Below are positions 23,841-36,381 of a stretch of 64,000 nucleotides of DNA, piece by piece (the stretch's first letter is position 1; each line of letters opens with the position of its first letter). The stretch lies in contig NW_026250422.1 in the NCBI RefSeq assembly GCF_024521635.1, positions 620,001 to 684,000 of the forward strand. Direction: 5' to 3'. Position numbers and translations under genes: made by a program. A model generated the notes under the pieces. It saw only the letters and a program-made list of their open reading frames with translations, was not told where the DNA came from and did no database searches. The stretch comes from Tricharina praecox (lineage: Eukaryota).

Positions 23841-26800
23841 TCCAATTCAAAGGCGATGATGACGGGGGTGAGGGGGCAGCACTGATGTGGCAACTATGAC
23901 TGGGACCGAAAATTCGTTATTCACTTTAGCTCGAACCCGGCGTTCCCGATCCGTGTTCGCCGCAGTGAAAGGCTTTCGCTGTGGTCTCGGCAGTGTCCAA
24001 GTAGTTTGTTGATGCCGTGTTCGTGCCGGATCGTGGCTGGCTGGCTGGGGTGTTTCGCCAGTTACTTTAGTGCCGAGTCGGGGGGTTGCAGGTAGCAGTA
24101 GTAATGGTGGTAGTAGTAGTAGCTGGGTCGACGTCCGATGGGTAGAGCAGCGGTGGATGTGCGGATATAGCTGCACGTATGTAGGTGTCCGGGGGTGTGT
24201 GATGTTGTTGTTCGGTGAACAGGTCGATTGTAGATGGACAGATGTAGGGGATGGGTGACGGGCGGGGCGGGGGCGGGAGTTAGAGTAGATATGGTATTAG
24301 ACCGACCTTAAGTGAGGTAGGTGGACGGTGGTGGTGGTGGTGGTGATGGGTAGGGAGGGGTGGTGGGGAGTTGTAGTAATAGTAGTAGGCGTGGTAGTAG
24401 TAGTAGCAGTAGTAGTAGACGTAGTAGTAGGCGTAGTAGTAATACCGTATGTAGTCAGTGGTAGTAGGTAGTAGGGGGTGAGGACGATGGGAGAGGTGAG
24501 GTATGTTGAAGAGGAAGAGGGGCGAAACCCTGTGGACCGACGCTAGTTAGCGTGGGTGGTTCCTGCTTTGTGGTCTCTGAGGGCGTGTGTGGGTTTCAGG
24601 GAAAGAAGGGAAAAACCATGGCCTAGTTATGATACACGTTCAGTTTCTTGCCTTTTCTACATGGCAGGTTAATTACTCATTCCCGCAGCAAGTGCATACA
24701 GGTTATCCGGCACGAATGAATACCGATGCCCTCGCCATTGCCACACACACTCTGTCGCTGCAGGTGGAGTATCTACAGTACATTTGTCAGTACTTACCCA
24801 CGGTATTCCCCCGCCTCTGAGCGTGCGGACAGACCGCGTCTGACGGGCGGCCCGTGTGAGAAAAGAGGAATAAAGAAAGAAACAGGCACTCACTCGTGCA
24901 CGCGGAGCACGGGTAACCAGAGCACGCAATGGGTGCCCGGCCCTACAGGAGATTCACCACCGTAACTACACGCCCGGATTTCCTGGTCTGACCTGGTCTG
25001 GCCACTGGTCGGCGGTAACTCTGGAGAGCGTGGCCCTACATAGATCAGTAAGTAGCATAAGAAGTTTGTATGTAGCGCGGACGGAGGATGGCTCATCTCA
25101 TGATACCTACCTATCACGCCCTCTGACTCGGTTCACCACCCCTCCCATCCACAATGGGGGTATTTCATTCAACGGCAATAACACTCCATCCGCAACAGGA
25201 GCACAAAAGCACCTGACGACCGGCCTCGCTCATGGCGAATTCCAAATTGGCCTCAGCGAGATCACCCACAAGGTAACGGAGGTCTAGATCTGACTTCTCG
25301 CTTGTACCGAAGTGACGAAAGACGACCCCCCCTACACTATTAATAGGCGCATCCGACACATCAACGTCTGCGTGCGTGTAGAGTAGAGTACTCTGCTCTA
25401 GAGTATGTATGATACTCTCCCAGACGCGTTGCGCTCTCTTTGGTTCTCTGGACTGGGTGGCACATGTCCTCCGTGGGGCAGCTCGCTCATGCGTGTTCAG
25501 CAGGCATTTGAGCGATTACCTGAGGATGAGGAATAATGACTCTCCGGCTCTGGGACTCGTTTTATTTTCGCGAGATGCAGCAACGTAGTAGGTAAGCGGA
25601 TCAGCAAATCACAGGAACCACGGAGAAGCTGTCGGTGAGATTCCACGAGTGACGGTCGGTGCTCCCGTGCGGACATCCCACGGAACCAACCGGGAGAAAC
25701 CGACCTTTGACTTCTTGTGGCTCGCTCGCAGGTAGGTAGGGCTGGCCACCTGCGACGAACTACGGTACTGGTATGTATGTAATATTCACCATCTTCTTCG
25801 TCGCGTTCTTCTTCCCTCCACGGAGGCTCTGCTCTACTCTACAGTACAGTACAATTCAATACAGTCCAGTACAGTACAGTACAGCAAAGTTCCAGTCCAC
25901 CGACCAATGTAAAAGCCGCCCAATAACAATAACCATGATGCTACATCTTTGCATGTATCATGTAACTAACGTACATGCCTTCGCGTCAACTCTCGAGTTT
26001 CTCCGGCACTCCAAAGTCCAGAGTCCATCCTGGCGGCCGTCAACTTTTTCAAACCTTTCAAACTTTTCAAGCACTTTCAGTCCTACATGGACACCAAGCA
26101 AAACCTGCATGACGTATTGTAGATCAGTGCCAACTCGGCTGTAACTAACTGCACTCGACTCAGGCAGGCAGGCAGGCCCAAATAATAATATGTATCGGAT
26201 CATACGATAAAAGCGCCGGCAGTAGATATGATAGGTAGAAGGGCCAAACGATCCAGACCGCGCAGAAAAGCACGTGCCAAGTACGTCATCGGGCGGGAGG
26301 AGGGGGGAGGGGGGGAAACCGAGAGGGCCGGGGGCCATCCTCCACCTACCCTACTCTAGATACTCTAGACCGCCGACCGGCCTGAAAGTCGCACGGATGT
26401 ACTTCCGTACCAAACAGCCCCACGATATGATCCTGTCCTGTCTACAGCACACCGCACAGAAAGAGTCAAAGAAAAAAAAAGAAAAAAAGAAAAAAAGAAA
26501 AGAAAAAGAAAAAATGTGCGCGTCGGTAAGCTTCCGAAACTACGAAACACAGCTCCGGGAAACGGCCGTACATACGGCACTCCGGCGTTTCGCTGGACGT
26601 CCGCCACCCGCCTGAGGCGAGGGCGAGATAGAGGAGAGCGGGGCGCACCTGAAGGATTCTCCTTGCTTCTCCTTCCACATTTTTTTCTCTTTCTGCTTTC
26701 TTTCTGCTTTCTTTGGTCGCTAACTCGCTGCAAGGGACACCCGCGCATGCCACTCAGGTGCTCTCGAACAGTCGAAGGATAGGGAGAAAGGACGGAATAT

Positions 26801-28274
26801 CTCTGATATCTATGCCCCCTTTTCCCGGCTTGGATTCTCAACACCTTCTCGTAGTGCGTGCGATCGCTGCTACTACCTAGTAGAGTGGTATATACTTCGG
26901 TACCTACCGTAGCACCGAGTGAGATCGCCAAGGGCAGCGGTTGCGGTTGCGGTCGTTGGAAAGACCTTCTTCTTTTCCGATAGATGTGATATGCTATGGC
27001 TGCGTCTATTCATCCTCGGTGCGCAGTACCTAACAGATCCGCGTCCACTGTCCAGTGTGCACGGCGGCTTCCAGATCATGTTCGGCCAGCGCCCATAATT
27101 GGTCGCGGATCTTCGTTTCCACACGACGGGATACTTTATGTACCTATCCCCGCATCGGTGTCTGCTTCCGGCACTATCCGTCACGCCCCATCACTCTGCC
27201 GCTACGGCACCTATCCTCCCGGTCCGGGCGAGGCGAGGGAGTGACGATACATAGGTAAATCCGTTCTCTCTCCGGAGTCCGGGCGAGGGGAGAATTGTGG
27301 AGTACTGGTACCTGGGTAGTTACATATTTACACACAACCGCAAGGCGCGAGGCTTGCTTCCGGTACTATCGTAGGTGTATGTAGAGTATGCAGGCCAGCA
27401 ACGGCATCCGTGGGTAGGTGCCTACGGTACCTTATACCTGCCGTATTCTTCATCAGCTCCGTGCACAATCCCATCGTCTCCCCGGATTCCGCAAGCGCCT
27501 TCTCCATCAAGCTCATCGGAGGCTCGGAGCCCCACACTCTTCACAATCGTGTATACTAGGTACTGGTAGTCGACGTCCCGGATCCACAGAGTGACACGAC
27601 TGTCGACGCGCGCCGGCCGCTGCGCATGCGTAATCATCCATCCGCGCCGTGGTACATACACACATACACACATATGTAACTGGCGTTAACGTTTCCAGCA
27701 CCAAGGACCAAAGACCAAGATTGGGCATGCGAGACATCTTGCGCAACGGATGATGACGTGATGTGTGAGCTTCGGCTAGGCCTGGCTGGGCTGGGCTGGG
27801 CTAGGCTAGACTAGGCTGTAATAGAGTAACTACTACTAGTATCTTGATAAGATGGAGACGATAAGATTGTGAGCACTGGGGGGCGGGGGCCATCAGCTGT
27901 CAGTTCAGTTCAAACCGCCTGGGTGGCCCAGTGGTCACTAGTGATCGATCCGAAACACTTTGGGAATACAGACCTACCTACTCTTACTCCTACTTAGAGT
28001 AGACCTAAGGCAGAGCTTCCGGACGATTAGTCCGTTCCACTGTATTGGCACGCGATAGATACTCGAGCAGCGAGCTCCATCTTCGATCGGCAAAATAGAC
28101 TGCTATGCTCTCCACTCTGTGCAGTGTGCACATAATACCGTACCTACCTACCGCGACGTCGTCTTTAACCTACCTGCCTACCTACCTAACCTGCCTATAT
28201 ACCTGCCTGCCTATATGCTGTATGTAACTACTATACATCGGCGATGACCCCTTGGGATCCAGCTCCACCCAGCT

Positions 28275-28334
28275 CCATCCACCCATCCACCCATCCACCC
28301 ATCCACCCATCCACCCATCCACCCACGCACCCAC
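28275..28334. repeat. (CCATCCAC)n octamer repeat
   Basis: About 6 units read directly, degenerate 3' end. Confidence 0.9.
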
Positions 28335-30651
28335 CTCCAGGCTCCGCTCCGCTCCCAGCCGGCTGCCCCCCCAGCCGGCTGGTCGGTCAATCGGTCGGTC
28401 GGCCGGCCGGTCGGAGCGGAGATCGTCATGATCGCAAAGATTCGCAATCATGATGATTTCCGATCGAATTACGTTCTCCACCAGAGTCCAGATAGGTAAG
28501 TCGGTGGGTAGGCCACCTCATGCGCAGCGAAATCCGGAGTTCGGACTTTTCCGGGGAGGGGAGGGGAGCACCGAGGTCAATTCAGGGTCCACACTGTACA
28601 CACCGACAAGCAGACAAGCAGACAAGCAGACAAGCAGACAAGCCGGTGGCCGGTGGATGGTGGCCGGCTGTGCGGCATGTACGCCCACGGAATCGACGAT
28701 CATGATTCACACACGCCAGCGGATTCCTGTTTCGCTTTACCAACACACGGCTTTCCCGAGGCTTTCCCGAGCTAATTGGGGATTAACTGTTGGGCTTGAG
28801 GCCGGCACGGGGGCGGGGCCAGACTAGACTGGGCTGCTGGGCTGCTGGGCTGCTGGGCTGGCTGGCTGGCTGGCTGGGCTTGTGGCGGTTCGGGGTTGCT
28901 TGGCGGGAGACTGGATTTTGCACTCGCTATGTACCTGAACTGGGACTGCTTGAAAGTTGAGGTGCCTGATCTGGTTCTAGGATGGAAAGTGAGGTGAAAG
29001 TGGACTGTTGATTCGGATAGTGGAGGGTGAACGGAGAATTGCATATCTACAGACTACACCGCACGCCCGCGAGTCGGTGGCGAGAAGTTGGTTCGCGATG
29101 GTGGAGGAGAGGAGAAGTGAAAGCCGCCTCACCGCCTCACCGAAGCATCATCTTCATGATTCATGAACCTGCTCCGCAAACAACGCCTCTTCGTATCGAC
29201 GTCCCGTTCATTCCCGCATCTCCAACGTCATTTCCGGGAAACAACCCGTTGAATACGAGGTACTATGTCCGAGTCAATCTCAATCTCAATTGTCCATCAG
29301 CTTTCCCATACCTGCAACTCCTCCTCTATACTTGCTCGCCGCCGCACGGCTAGCTGCGGGTACCATGTAGCAGGTACCACGTTGTCGGGAGCTGGATATG
29401 CATAGCACTACGCAGTACGGTACCGTACAGCACACACCAGTCCAGCAATCAAGGTCGCAGAAGCCTATCGCTACATGTCCAAGACTCCAAGCAGGATACC
29501 GTATCTACAGATGTTTCTCATGGTATGTAAGACGCAATTACCACCGACCGGCAGCCTAAGCACCAATTCTTAGCTGCAGACAGGAGGTTCAATTCTGTAT
29601 CTGGTACCGGTAACGAGATATGTAGTACCAGTGCCTATCGATATCCAACGAAATGCACAGTCCATAAAGACTTCATGACGTCCGTCCATCCGTCTGTTCG
29701 TTCTTTCTTTTCGAGACCGCCCGGCGACTTCCCAAATGAAGCGGTGCAAAAAGCGGGGCTCTCCTGGAGTCCTGGGCCCAGCCCGTCTTTCATTTTTCTG
29801 CGAGACTTTATTCATTGGCTGGCCGCAGTGCCGCACCGACATGTGCAGACACCGACACCACCAACCAAACCCAACACCAACACCAGCAGTGACACGTTCT
29901 TTTATTTCTGATTTTATTTCCTCGCACGCAGCACGACACGCGCAATTATCGACAACAACAAATCCAGGAGGTGGGTGGGGTTTGCTGATCCAATTCTTCA
30001 GGGGAGGATGTATCATGTCGGGATCAAGTCGGGATCAGGATGTTGTGCAACAGCTGTGGGATAGGTTGAGTTAGCCCTAGAGAGCTTCGTTAACAACGCA
30101 CGACACACACGACCGACGTCCAGAGTTCATGCTCATCGCAATGCTGCCGCCCGCCCGCCCGCTGTTGCCGCAGCCACGTCCACGTCGGAGTGGTTGGGGG
30201 CGGAGCAGAGAGATGAGCTGAAGTGAATACTATGATACAGTCTACTATCTACGGGCCTACGGCCAGCCAGCGATGGAGAAAGCTGCAAATTCGGAAATCA
30301 AACACGAAGCAAGAAACGAATTGGTTCTAGGTGCGGCCGAGATCACGAGAGAGATAGAGATAGAGAGAGCAAGGGAGTGGGTGAAGTGTTCAGGATACGA
30401 CAAACATTTGCTGTCACCCACCGTGGGGGGTTGTTTTCCCACTGTCCAGTACAAACCGGAGAGGAGATGCCGGAGAGGAAACAAATGGCCATTTTGAATT
30501 CGGTATATCCTCATATAAACCACCTCCAGACTCCAGAGCGCCGACATATTCCCGCCGACACAAAGTTTAAACCAACCTCCCTCTATCCCGCTCACCCAGC
30601 ATCACTCCCTTTCCCTTTCCCCTTCCCCTTCCCTCTCTACAGCCAGTAAAG

Positions 30652-30893
30652 ATGACATACACCTCAACCGTCCTCCCGCTGATCTCGCTCAACGTCACGT
30701 TACTGGCGCTGACGAGCCACTACCCAAACCTCCTGTCCACCCCCGCCTTCACCGTGTTCCACGTGTGGTTCCTGTTCTCGAGCATCGTCGCTTTCCAGCA
30801 ATGTCTGCCTGCGTGCTACAGTGCTAGCACGTTTTTGCGCTTGCCGTCGCTGTAGACAGCCTACGGGTCACAGGTTGGCTGAAGGTTCGCTGA
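30652..30893 (+). CDS. Candidate membrane microprotein, 62 aa if intron 30803-30855 is spliced or 67 aa unspliced (stop 30855)
   Basis: ATATAAA near 30514, CT-rich leader, AAG-ATG context, 56 of 67 codons end in G/C, two hydrophobic segments. Confidence 0.6.
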
Positions 30894-33154
30894 AGGTTAC
30901 TCTCCGCCTGGAGGCTGGGTGGCGAGTGAGACGAAAGCTGACGGGTTGCAACTTTTAAGACGGAAGGCGAATGGAACGGAGTGCTGGCTAGCTGCCGCTG
31001 GACGGTGTACCTACATACCCGGACGAGTACGAAGAAGAATACCGACTACCTAGAATACCAATGCGGTACCCACGGTTGAGGGATCGCTCGAAACAAACAC
31101 CCAATCTCATGGACGGCACTTAGCTCAGACGGTGTCGGGCCGGTGGACGCAAACTATGGATCCATCGTCCTCGGACTGTGGAGATCCCGCGGACCCGGTA
31201 CTATAAAGTGGCGGAACACGAAGAATAGAGTGTGAAGATGTATACATAAAAGAGGGCTGTGTACGGTATGGGGTAGGGTGGAGTGGATAGAGTACTTATA
31301 GTAGACGCTGGCGATACAGTACCGGGACGGATGCATATACAGTAGATAGATGCCGATAATGCTTGCTACATGATGCATAATACATCATGACACTCTCACT
31401 CGCTCGCTATATCTGAACTCGCAAACATTATCCCCCGCGTACGTGCGTAACTACAGCGGAAACCGCAGGCAGGAACCATAGGCTGCATAAGTTGCACGTA
31501 ATCATCGATGAAACTGAAAAGAAATGGGAAAAAAGTACAGAGCAAAAACGACGTTGGAATCGGTGCCACGCAGCATTCCCGACAACAGGCCGCATCCAGG
31601 GCAGGTCGGCAGGCAGGCAGTCCAACGGTGCCAAAAAGTAGAGTAGAGTACACTGAGTAATGAGCAATGAGCAACAAGCAACAAGTGGAACTCTGGGGAC
31701 GAAAGTGTGGTTATGTAGCAAATAGGTAGTTGAGTCGCCGTCTGGATGGATCATGAGGAGATTGTTGTCTTGTCTTGGACTCTTGGTCACCATATCCACG
31801 ATCCCCACGATTCTCGGTCATAAGCGGCTATCGGGTGTATGGTATGTATGTACATTTCATGAGTGCCTGAGTGTCTGAGTATCTGTGATCCTCCCGGCGT
31901 CATCACGGGATAGCTAGCTCGGAGGCAGTTGACAGGACACAGTCGGAGTGCACCGGTCTCCCGCGTCGTGTAGCCGGTATCGGCATCGGCATCGGCGGGG
32001 ATTCTTCCACTGTGCTTTCCGCCTTCCCGTCTTCCTGCCTCTCCGCCTTTGGGCCGCGAGTCGCGGGGTCTCCAGACTCCAGGCTTAGTTTGGTTTGGTT
32101 CGGGTTTCCATGTTTCCAACGTGCAAACTTCCACGAAAGCTTAGCCGGCGCTGCGGGATGCCCGGACTTGGGAGGCAGATCCACCCCCTGAATTCGGGGG
32201 AGGGGGGGAGGACGTCCTCGCCCCTTCCCCTCCCAATTCTGCACGGTGTATGTACTGAGGTGTACCTCCCGTGTAATCCCGTGGCTTCCCATGGCCGCCA
32301 GGTCAGACTGTCAGATTGTCAGTCCCGGCGGTCGTGGGTACCGGGTGCCGGCCTTCTTCGCCGGGTAGCCAGGTTCTCCCCCGATCCAGATCGATATGTA
32401 CAGCGGCCCGCGCTCGTCGGCCGCTCCACGACAGCCAACAGCCCGACCTGCGCCGCCGGCTCACCCGCCACACAGCACGATATATATTCGGCCAGCGGGT
32501 CCGGTCTGGCCGGGACACGGGAAATCCGCCGTGTTCCAGCGCAACCGGACCGTATTATGTACGCCAAAGGCGCACGAGCTCTCTCTCTTTCTTCCTCTCT
32601 CTCTTTCTTCCTCTCTCTCTCGTTGTCTCTATTGTGTACTCTACTTGGTTACTTGTATCGTACCAGTAAGCCGTGGCGGTTCAGTGGCGGTTCCGTGACA
32701 GAGGGAGTCATCTGCCATGAGCGAATGAGTATTCTTCAGCGATTGGTCAGTCCGTCATCCTGTGTGTGACCACTGACTTTGCTTATGTGCGCGCGCGCCC
32801 TTCGCTCAGGTGATCTTGGAGGATGCCGACGGAAGTTGGAACGCTGAGGACACTTCTCGCTCTCTCGCTCTCTCTCTCGCGCCCTCTCTCCACGGTTTGT
32901 CATCCGCGCTGCACTGCACGTCCATTAGTCGTCCATTAGTTACATCAAGTTGGCTGTTGGCAATGTCCCGCAGCCTCAGAATAACATTGGCGGCCAGCGA
33001 TTCGGTGATTCGCCGGAATATGTACTGTAAAATACATACCGTACCGTTACCGATTCGACAAGCCCATGTCTCACCCCCAGCCAGCGCCTGATGCACGATG
33101 CACCCCAGCGTATGATATGCACCTACCTGACGCCCGTGGGAAAGCGCGCGATCG

Positions 33155-33218
33155 ACCAACAGCTGGAGTACCGGGTAGGTAACCAACAGCTGGAGTACCG
33201 GGTAGGTAACCAACAGCT
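33155..33218. repeat. 27-bp tandem repeat, 2.4 copies
   Basis: ACCAACAGCTGGAGTACCGGGTAGGTA at 33155 and 33182, partial copy at 33209. Confidence 0.95.
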
Positions 33219-33673
33219 AGGTACGACTCTCACAGCTCACAGCTCAGTTCTCACATGACTCAAACCCGGCACTGTAGGAGCTCCCACAAATATCCGTTAT
33301 ATTCGTTCGTATCCAACTCCAACAGCTGCCTGCAAAAAAAAACCGCAACGGTATCTAAGGTCATTTCTAGTTTGTAGCGTGTGCAATGAAATCGTCTCAA
33401 TGAGAGAGCAGAATCAAGAGCAAAAGAGACACGAAAGGTCAAAAAAATAATACAACAACCACTTCCAGCAAAGAGCAGTAGACAGCAGTCAGAAAAACGC
33501 AAACGTAGATGGAATCGAAACCCCCCCCCCGAAATCGGAACCAAACACCAGAGCATCGACAGTAGCAATAGGAGCAACAAAGGAGTATTAAAACATCGAC
33601 GGATCGAAATGGAAAGGTGTACACATGAGTATCAGAAGAAGTGACACGATGGAGATGAACCGAGAGCGAGTGT

Positions 33674-34361
33674 TCAGATAAGCTCAAACTCCTCCTCCGT
33701 CTCGCTCTCCATGATGAAATCGTACTCATTCTTGACGATCAACGCCAGCTCCTTGGTCTCAAACTTCTCGACCGCCTCGGTAACGGCATGGGAGAGGTCC
33801 ATTTCACAGTTCGGGCCGGTGTTATCGAACGAGTAGGTAACACCGCCCATGTAGTCACCATCGTCCGAGGAGGACGAGGTGTAGTCGTCGTCCCGGAAGT
33901 CATCCGCGAGGTTCAGTGTAGGTCGAGGAGTCTTGCGGGCCATGGCCGAGGGCGCGTATGCGGTGCATACCACGTCCGTGTGTGGGATCTCTTTGCGGGA
34001 CCGCGATTTCTTGCCCCGGTAGCATTTGCAGTTGAAACACTGGCAGGTTCGGGATGGCAGGGCCCGCATCTGGTGTCTGGGATATGTCAGTAGGGTGGTA
34101 TCGGAGGGAGCAGAAGAGGTGACTGACTTGTTGGTGGCGGTCCAAGTTGCCTTGGCCTCGGCACCCGGAATGGTGGTCTTGGGGTTTCCAATGAGGTTCA
34201 TGTTGACTCCGCGGTACTTGACACGGTGCTGTTTGATATTTGTTAGTCTTTGTGTTTCCGTAGCAAGGGGTTGACAGCTGTAGCCAGGAACAACAAACCT
34301 CCTTCTCCCGACGGATCTCGTGGGCAGCGGATCGGAAATCTCCAGAGTCGACGATGGGCAT
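33674..34361 (-). CDS. Small hypothetical protein; introns 34229-34298 and probably 34077-34127
   Basis: MPIVDSGDF..EKE|HRVKYRG joins in frame; CQCFNCKC motif; acidic tail YSFD..GP..LSHAVTEAVEKFETKE...KNEYDF resembling other fungal hypotheticals (from memory, unverified). Confidence 0.8.
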
Positions 34362-36381
34362 GATTGCTGGTGTAGTTGTCGGAGAGGATTCGTGGTAGAT
34401 AGGTATGATTGATGTCAAAAGCTTGTCGAGGAGGTGTTGGCTACTGATATTGCTGCTTGATGGACGACGAGGCGGGAAGGTGACCAGTAGTGTTTATACT
34501 GGATGCCGGTGAGGTTTTCAGAGAAAGGATGGGTTGGGGAGAGGTAGAGAAGGGAGGGAGGAGAGAGCTTGTTTTTGAATGAATGAGAGACTGAGTCATG
34601 TGGGACGGGGTGGGAGGGTGGATAAGGGGGACACTGGGACGTGAGCTGGAAGCCGCGGGTACGCATACATAGCGCAAATCGAAGGGGGACCGGTCTTATC
34701 GTGACAGACCCCAGGGAGCTGTGTGCTGTGCAGTAGGAGCTCTACCCCCGAGCTCCGTTCGCTAAACTCCAAAGAGGTACCTGCTTAGGTTCGAGGTATG
34801 CTAACTACTAGTATGCGGACGGTAAGAAAGGAACCCGTGCTTCAAACAGCGCAACGGGCGACGGACGGGCAGGCTGGCTGTCCACCTCCAGCGTCCACGC
34901 CTCGATCATTGATACATCGAATGGGCGCTCACGGGCGCAACTTTCTTCTAGCACAGCCCTGTCCTTCCTGCCATCATCATAATCATCTCGAATCATCCTC
35001 CCATCCCTCCATCCTTCCATCCATCCATCCCGGGCGCTTCCTCTACATACCTTGCTTGTTCCTCGTCCGGAAAGAACACGATGACGGTGCTGCTGGTGAC
35101 AGGGATCAAGCTGTGAGACTCCCGAGAGCCCCTTACTACGTAAACATGTACCGCGCCCAAAATCTGGGGTGGATGGTCACCCACCGCAGCAACGAACCAA
35201 CCAACCACCTCAGTCTGCGCGCAACACGTTCCCGTCCACCACCAGCACCACCACCAGCACCACCACCACCAGCACCCACCGGCAACCCTGCCCTGCCCTG
35301 TCGACCTTCGATGAGTAATGTCGACACCGTTCCCCATCACGAAACGAAAAGAATACGATATTTCTATTTCCATCGTTCTCCCCAGAGTCCATCGTTCTGG
35401 TCTGCGGTGTAGTACAGACCTCAACCCTCCCTCCCTCCCCCAAGCCTGCTCAACTATCAGCCCCAAGTGAGTGAGTAGAAATTCACTCACGAATCGAATC
35501 GACTCCGGATTGTTCCACTTTAGCCGAGGGTAAAGCGTAAACAGAGAGGGTTGGAAGGCTGGCTGGCTATCTATCAGCTCTACCTATCTCTCTGTCTGTA
35601 GGTCTATCGCGCGTCGCAGCGCGCACATACATATCCACATACGCACATACATACAAAGTACGGATCGATATCGCAGATCCATCGGTAAACACAATTTCCC
35701 ATCCATATCCGTCCTCATCCTGAAGTACATTCTCCATATGATCGTCTTTCTCGCTGGGGCTGGGGGGCTCAGTCCCGAGTCCCCCACTTGTAGACTGTAG
35801 TGTCATCGTCCATGCACGCGTCGAGATAAACACTCAACTCATTGCGGAACAATGTTGTTGGAGGTCACGGCGATGACCCACACTCGCACACTCGCAATTG
35901 AGTCACTATCTAGAGTACCCAAGTACCACATAGCTGACTTACTTATCTCACTTCACCGGCGCTGGGCTCGGCGGCAGGGCGGTGTAGCAAAGCGCCCCCC
36001 AGCCCCCAGTCCCGATCACGGTAGGTGTCATGGTTGTTTGTGGCTGGGATGGAGGCGCGATAGTTGAAATGAATGTGCGATATATAGAGTGAATGCCGAA
36101 TGAACGTGCGATATCTTAAGTGAACGCCGTCACTTGAACTCATTCCTCGTTACAATCTCTGCACTTGCTAAAGGTACACACATCGTATCCATTTCCCATT
36201 CCCAATTCCGCAGGAAAAACAACAGCAGCTTTTGATATTCATCCGATATCCCGACCGGACCGTCCATGAACTCCAATACAGAGATAAAAAAGAAAAGAAA
36301 AAAGACACAAGGAAATGAGAAAGACAAAAATGCGAATGATATAGGGAGAGATCAGTTATGACTCGAATTCAGCCGATCGCC

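Noticed and set aside
33155..33218. 27-bp repeats as a CRISPR-like array
   Set aside because: Head-to-tail with no spacers, eukaryotic context, no cas genes
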